From contig NC_043009.1 of the NCBI RefSeq assembly GCF_006345805.1, positions 52,204,001 to 52,268,000 of the forward strand: a DNA stretch of 64,000 bases, written 5' to 3'. The DNA comes from Octopus sinensis (taxonomy: Eukaryota). Under the pieces are notes generated by a model. It made no database searches, had not been told where the DNA came from, and saw only the letters and a program-made list of their open reading frames with translations. The translations under genes were made by a program, and so were the position numbers. Shown in pieces: positions 57,062 to 64,000 of this stretch (position 1 is its first letter; the number at the start of each line of letters is the position of its first letter).

Positions 57062-57094
<33 letters not shown>

Positions 57095-57219
57095 CTCACA
57101 CACACCTATTTTTGTGAGCGTGTGTCTGCGTGTAATGTCAAGAATTGAGAATAATCGTACAGTAATATTATAAAATGGATATATATATATACATATATAC
57201 ATATATATATATATATAAT

Positions 57220-57297
<78 letters not shown>

Positions 57298-57584
57298 GCT
57301 TATATGAGTGCGATAGACTATAAGCCTGAGTACTTATTATTATATAATATTATATTGAAAATTAGTTGATGCAATTATTTGCCATAGTACAATTTTCAAA
57401 TACTGCTTAACATTCTCTTTAACAGACTAACCCCATATATCCATTCAAATATCTGAACATCTGTGAAAGTTTTACCCACATATTTGTACCTAGCCCATAA
57501 TTCACACAACTCGAATATGATTTTGCACTATACGCGTCAGTTCCTACAGCTGTGTCCCAGTATTTATTCTTTTATTCTTTCATT

Positions 57585-57896
57585 CTTTTATTCTTTTACT
57601 TGATTCAGTGATTTACTGTGGCCATGCAGGAACAATCATTTGCCGAACTTTGCTAAGCTACGGGGGGTCGTAAAAACATAAAGATTGGTTGTCAAGCGAT
57701 GGTGGGGGACTCACACAGACAGACAAATATATATATATATATATACGGCCTTCTTTCAGTTTCCGTCTACCAAATCCACTCACAACGACTTGGTTGGCCC
57801 GAGGTTATAGTAGACGACACTTGCTCAAGGTGCCATGCAGTGGGACTGAACCCGGAAACATTTCGTTTGGAAGCAAGCTTCTTACCACATAGCCAC
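57585..57896 (-). mobile_element. SINE family B, degenerate
   Basis: ttccgtctaccaaatccactcac...gtgccatgcagtgggactgaaccc...cttaccacatagccac. Confidence 0.8.
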
Positions 57897-58607
57897 TTTT
57901 ACACCTATTTGAATAATTATGTTTTATCTACCTCCATCGTGAACCACAACTGCCCCACATACACATCTCATTCATTTATTTAGTAAAAAGTACCGAACAC
58001 TCCAACAAAGCTCTAACTACATAAATTACCTAGCAAATAAAAGAAACTAAACCTAACTCCGAGTACACAGCTACAGTGTGCGATTGCTGTATGAGGTTCC
58101 TGGCTTTGAGTAAAAGAATATGCCTTTTGATTATGATTTGGGTAAAAGAATATACCTTTAACTATGATTTCATTCAAAATATTCCCCTCTCAGATTCACA
58201 CACTTATTGCAATAGTCTTTCAGTTTTTCTAAGCCCTTAAGAGAACTCGGAAGTTTGTGCCTCCAATCAGGCATATCGCGATATCCTTAACTTTACAGCA
58301 CGTCCTTACAGCATGTCCTCGTGATTAAGATTGCGTGTCCTCCTCAGTCTGCAAGTATAAATTCAACCAAGGAATGTCCGCTTGGTTGTGTACGGAAAAG
58401 ATTTTCCAATGAATTACATTCAAACTGACGTTTTTCTTAACCAAAATGATAAGCAGAATAATAAGTAGATATTGCTTGCATGGCTCCAAGATAATTTCTA
58501 GGTTTTAATCACTAAAGACAAAATATTGTTTTTGATATTAATTTGTCGCAATGTACATGTTGTAGAACTATGGAAACCTAAATAGGATATATGCCTGCAT
58601 GTGTATC

Positions 58608-58628
58608 AGTAGTAGTAGTAGTAGTAGC

Positions 58629-58681
<53 letters not shown>

Positions 58682-59330
58682 CAGCAACAGCAGCAACAGC
58701 AATAGTAGTAGTAGGAGGGTGTGGAGGGGGAGGTGGTGGAGGTAGAAGAAGAAGAGGAGGAGGAGGAGGAGGAGGAGGCAGAAGGGGAGGGGGATAGGAG
58801 GAGGAGGAGGAAGAGGAGAAGGAAGGAGAAGAGGAGGAGGAAGAGGAGGAGGTGGAAGCAGAGGAGAAAGTTGAGAATGAGGACGAGGAAGAGGAGGAGG
58901 AAGCAGAGGAGAAAGTTGAGAATGAGGACGAGGAAGAGGAAGCAGAGGAGAAAGTTGAGAATGAGGACGAGGAAGAAGAGGAGGAAGCAGAGGAGAAAGT
59001 TGAGAATGAGGACGAGGAAGAGGAGGTGGAAGCAGAGGAGAAAGTTGAGAATGAGGACGAGGAAGAGGAGGTGGAAGCAGAGGAGAAAGTTGAGAATGAG
59101 GACGAGGAAGAGGAGGAGGAGGAAGAGGAGGGCGAGGAAGCAGAGGACGAAGATGAGAAGGAGGAGGAGGAAGTGGAGGAAGGGGAGGAAGTGGAGGAGG
59201 AAGAGGAAGAGGAGGAGGAAGAGGAAGAGGAGGCGGAGGAGGAAGAGAAGGAGGAGGAGGAGGAGGAGAGGAAGAGGAGGAGGGGGGAAACAGTAGCGGT
59301 AGTGGCCGTAGCAGCAGCAGCAGAAATGTA
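58608..59330. repeat. (AGT)n + (GAG)n tract containing a 39-45-bp minisatellite (6 units)
   Basis: The unit gaagcagaggagaaagttgagaatgaggacgaggaagag... occurs 6 times in 58855-59110. Confidence 0.9.
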
Positions 59331-59619
59331 TCACTGAAGGTTTAGAAACAAGAATACGAGAAAGAAAGGCATATACAAAAAGATGTTCCAGTTGTTTTCG
59401 TTAGTGATGATGAAGATGATGATGGTGATGATGATGATGATGATGACGGTTGTGGTCGTGGTCGTCGTTTTGGTGTGTAGTGGTGGTAGTGGTTCTAATA
59501 ATTAATATTCTGGAGGACCGTCATAATGATACCGAAGAAGGGAAAGAGACAAAATATATAGACAAGAAAAGCATAGACAAAAAGAACATAAAACATAGAA
59601 TGTGCAAGCATACATATAT

Positions 59620-59678
<59 letters not shown>

Positions 59679-59757
59679 GACATACATACATATAAATGTA
59701 TATATATATATCATATGTCATATTCATATATATATATATACTTGTATACATACATAC

Positions 59758-59789
<32 letters not shown>

Positions 59790-60432
59790 TTGTATGTGTG
59801 TGGATGTGTTTGTGAGTGTGTATGTATATACGTATCTGTGTGTGGACACATGTGAAAAGTATGGACTCGATATATTTTTGCTTGTCTTTTTTTAAATAGA
59901 TTATGTATGCTTGTATATTTCTTTGTTTTTGTTTTAGGGACAATATGAATTATATATTATTTCGGTTTTCTTTCTCTATACTGTCACACCTTTCAACGTT
60001 GTCAAGAAGTGAAAATTAAATCACCTTTCAAACAATATATTATTGATTAAGTAGTCAAATTCAGAAACGACATTTTACGTACGTATCTTTGTATCCCTCT
60101 ATGGCAAGTGACATACAACCAGACATGTTCCTCCGTATCCGTATATATATTTGCTTGTTTGTGTATGTGAGTGTGTGCGTGCGTGTATACACATATATAT
60201 AATTATATGTAGTATATATATATATATATATATATACAGTGATAGGTGCATGTTTGTATGTGTGCATGCATATATGCAGAGAATTGCAGCGTATTACCAT
60301 CCTTCATATTGCCTAGAATTGTGTAACCCTAAAAATGTCGAAATAAAATATAAACGGGAAACCGTTGTTTAGCCATCTTTGCTTCAAATTGCATAGCAGC
60401 ACCCCTTTTTCTTATAGCAATGTGTGTACGTT

Positions 60433-60468
<36 letters not shown>

Positions 60469-60479
60469 TACACATATAT

Positions 60480-60705
60480 GTCTGTGCTTGTTTGTCACCT
60501 CTGTGTGTAGCCCCTTTTGGGCGGTAAAGAAATAAGAAACGTTAGCACGTTAGCACGTTAGAACGTTCTGAATTAAAATTTTGCCGAGGTCGACTTTCTT
60601 CATCTTTTCGGAGTCGATAAATCAAGTCATATTTGCGTACTGGGGTCGATGTAATTTTCTTGTCCCCTCCCCCAAAATTTCAGGCCATGTGCCTAGAGTA
60701 AAAAT
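60480..60705 (+). mobile_element. SINE family A dimer remnant (type 1 tail joined to a truncated unit)
   Basis: tgtttgtcacctctgtgtgtagcccc...taaagaaataagaaacgttagcacg...gccgaggtcgacttt...gtgcctagagtaaaa. Confidence 0.7.
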
Positions 60706-61080
60706 GAATATTTTCCTGCTGTCAGTGAGCCAGTACTGGGAAAGGAAAACTTCGTAAAAGTCTTCAAACTCCATTCGGTCGTTGTTACATTCAACATTAC
60801 GTAGAGCAAAAATTATTTCTTGACGAATAAACTCAACACTGAAACGAATTTTTAGGCTTTTACTTAATCACTTTTCATGCAAACGTGGTTTTAACATGTT
60901 CCAACCGCGCTTTATATACATCATATATGTTATTTAAAAGAATACGCTAATGAATGCCATTTGCTGGACTTAAATTTTTAACAGCAGACGTTACGCTAGC
61001 ATTATTGCGTGTCCATTTGAAACGTCCTTAGTGAGGAGATAACTAATAATCCTTAACTTATATTCGGAATACGACATGTA

Positions 61081-61298
61081 TGTGGGAGTGAGGAAAAGTT
61101 CTTGGGTTTAAGGGTATCGTGAATGACCTGGTTTGAGGCCCAACCTACCGAGGTCTTTGCAGTGTTTATAAAAACTGAAGGACCGCTGCAATAAGCGTGT
61201 GCATCTGAGAGGAAATTATGTTGAATAAAATTATAATTAACTGATCTTCCTCTATTTTTTTCACCCAAAGCCAGAGACATTTTAGTACTGCCTCCTAG
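61081..61298 (+). mobile_element. Mariner-derived non-autonomous element (MITE-like)
   Basis: Flanked by TA on both sides, with degenerate TIRs (gaaaagttcttgggttt / aaagccagagacattt). The internal frame KLKDRCNKRVHLRGNYVE* resembles the mariner transposase C-terminus. Confidence 0.7.
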
Positions 61299-61560
61299 TA
61301 ATACAATATCGTGTGACATTTGAAGAAATGAGCTTTTTGACTGGACTGCTTGGATTTGGAATGTCGAAAATACTAGCTTATAGTTTTGAGACGGTCCAGA
61401 ATGGAACTTTATTTTTATTTCCATACTGAAAAATGAACTATAAAAGACAAAACAGTTTCTATGAGAAATAAACAAAACAACATTGATCATAAAGAAATTA
61501 AAGCGTAAGATGGTAGTAATTGTGAGATGGGTACGGTGGTGATTTTGAAGGCGGTGGTGT

Positions 61561-61608
<48 letters not shown>

Positions 61609-62035
61609 TGTGTGTGTGCGTGTGTAATCAGTGAAACTTCGAGAGTTACAAACATCAAAAACTGTCTGATAATAACACAATAGTAAAAAACCTAAAATAA
61701 ACACAATAATTTATTCACCAACTAAACACTCAAGCACACACACGCACAACACATACACATTCACACACACACACAAACACACACACACTCACACACATGT
61801 CTATAAGTAGATATGCATATACATATACACACACACATATATACTCGCATGTATGCATACATATATATACATATGTATATTATGTATATATATATATTAT
61901 GTATGTACATATGTACATATATATGTATATATATATATGCATACGAAGAATATAAACATATAAGCAACATACATGTATTCATACGTATATACATCTATAT
62001 ATATATATATATGTGTGTGTAAATATATATATATA

Positions 62036-62075
<40 letters not shown>

Positions 62076-62704
62076 ATATATGTATATGTTTATATATAAA
62101 TATTATATTTATATATGTATATACATCTATACATAGGCGTGCGCCTGTTGGTATGTGTGTCTGTGTGTGTATATAAACATATATTCGACAGTATAGCTTT
62201 TTTGTGCGCGCATACATAAGTGGTGACTTGTCTGCGTAGCGTGCTCCAGCTTCACTTTCTTACAGTATATTTTTATTTCCGATTCATTATTTTCTAATAT
62301 TTCGTTTCGGTGTTCATTGTTCTGTTATTATTATTACTCATTATAACTACTTTCGTTTCGTTTGTTTTTGTTTCATGTCATTGTGTTGTAAAAATATTAA
62401 GCTTGCTCTTTTCTTTTCTTTGTTGTTCCTATTCTTTAATTTATAATTTGGTTTTAACATACCCCAGCCTCGTTTTATATACATCATATATGATATTTAA
62501 TTGAATAAAATGATGATCTAGTGTTAGTTAGATAACAACTTATATTGTTGTTGATCTTTTGTTTTGAAGCACTAAATGTGTTATTGCTTATACACGCTTG
62601 TCTATATATAGGTGTGTGTTTGTGTTCGTGTGTGCGGATTTGCACACACGTATCTGTATGTGCATGCATATTCAAATATGTTTGTATCAATGACTCCCAC
62701 ACAC

Positions 62705-62708
62705 TTTC

Positions 62709-62771
<63 letters not shown>

Positions 62772-62989
62772 CTATCTCTCTCTCTCCAGCTTTTCTCTCT
62801 CCCTCTCTAGCTTTTCTCTTTCGCCCTCTCTCTAGCTTTTCTCTCTCTCTCTAGCTTTTCTCTCTCTCTCTAGCTTTCCTCTCTCTCTCTAGCTTTTCTC
62901 TCCCTCTCTAGCTTTTCTCTTTCGCCCTCTCTCTAGCTTTTCTCTCTCTCTCTCTAGCTTTTCTCTCTCTTTCTTTCTTTCTCTCTCTT

Positions 62990-63034
<45 letters not shown>

Positions 63035-63140
63035 TCTGTTTCTCTCTCTAGCTTTGTCCTCTCTCCAGCTTTTATCTATCTCTCTCTCTCTAGCTTTTCC
63101 CCCTCTCTCTCTCTAGCCTTTCTCTCTCTTTCTTTCTCTC
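62705..63140. repeat. (TATC)n followed by a (CT)n-derived minisatellite punctuated by CTAGCTTT
   Basis: More than 10 recurrences of ctagcttt(t) separated by CT runs; the 40-bp-scale unit containing ttcgccctc is repeated. Confidence 0.85.
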
Positions 63141-63904
63141 TCTATATATACAAATATGTATATACACACACACTTAACGCATACATATATATGAATATGC
63201 GTGCACTTGTGCGAGTATATACGTGTACGTATATGATTCCTCATGTGTGAGGGACGTGTGTATGTGTGTTTGTGCATATTTGTATGCGTGCGTTGGCATT
63301 TGCTTGTGTGCATAATTGTGCTTATACAAGTACATGTATCGTTTTACCCATGTGAGGATGCCTATAAAATTCTCTGTAAACGTAAACACAGCCGTACATA
63401 GATGCATACACGCAAACACATTGACACAAAGTCAGCCATGCATATGATTACAGGACTAGATATAAAAGCATACACACATACATTTATGTATACAACGCAT
63501 ACAACTTAGTATATCTACATGTAAATATTTGTAAACACACACACGCACACATGTATAAAAAATGGCAACCATTCATTTGTGTACATTCCTCTATGTAAAT
63601 CATACACGGAGATATGCATGTATAATTCATTCATATATGTGTATACATAAAATGTGTGCATATGCACATATGCACCCATGAAAACATACATAAATATTTG
63701 TTGTCTTCTGTCAACAATTACATATTATCATGGAGTGTGTTTGTTCATATATCTATATTTCCTCTCTGTTTTAATAAATCGAAATATTCAGTGGTCGAAA
63801 AAGCGAAGAACCCTTCAAAGTACAGTTTAATTATATTTTTATAATATGTAAGCCTGCACGCCTGCATCTGTATAAGTTCACATGTACGTAGCTAAGTGTC
63901 AACT

Positions 63905-64000
63905 GAGGTACGAGGGTTCCAGTTGATCCGATCAAAAGAACAACCTGCTCCTGAAATTGTCGCGCAAGTGGCTGAGCACTCCACTGACGTGTGTAACTTT
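63905..64000 (-). mobile_element. 3' end of a SINE family C copy, cut by the window edge
   Basis: cgagggttccagttgatccgatcaa...ctgctc.tgaaatt...caagtggctgagcactccac matches 27730-27805. Confidence 0.75.

Overview
AT-rich, microsatellite-saturated eukaryotic DNA. The SINE families and the density of TA/TAGA/TACA repeats suggest an octopod cephalopod genome (inference from recall, not a search). No intact host gene is recognisable, and nearly all ORF-track entries are simple-repeat artefacts. The window is a graveyard of transposable elements: (1) one large Penelope-like element (PLE; RT + GIY-YIG) with about 1.28-kb inverted arms at 11.46-15.04 kb, and two further decayed PLE remnants; (2) three RLE-type (R4/Dong/NeSL-like) LINE fragments and one RTE-like LINE fragment; (3) a DD34E Tc1 relic, a DD41D-type Tc1/mariner relic and a mariner-derived MITE; (4) three tRNA-headed SINE families, including a recurrent dimer and a dense cluster at 43.7-45.6 kb; (5) a 1.38-kb tandem duplication carrying a 115-bp-arm hairpin. 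The most interesting signal is a set of minimal type I hammerhead-ribozyme-like motifs at PLE ends. Their catalytic cores differ by compensatory changes at the 3-8 pair (C3-G8, G3-C8, U3-A8), and there is also a U4C variant. Most have the short palindromic stem III typical of dimer-dependent PLE hammerheads. Activity is untested.
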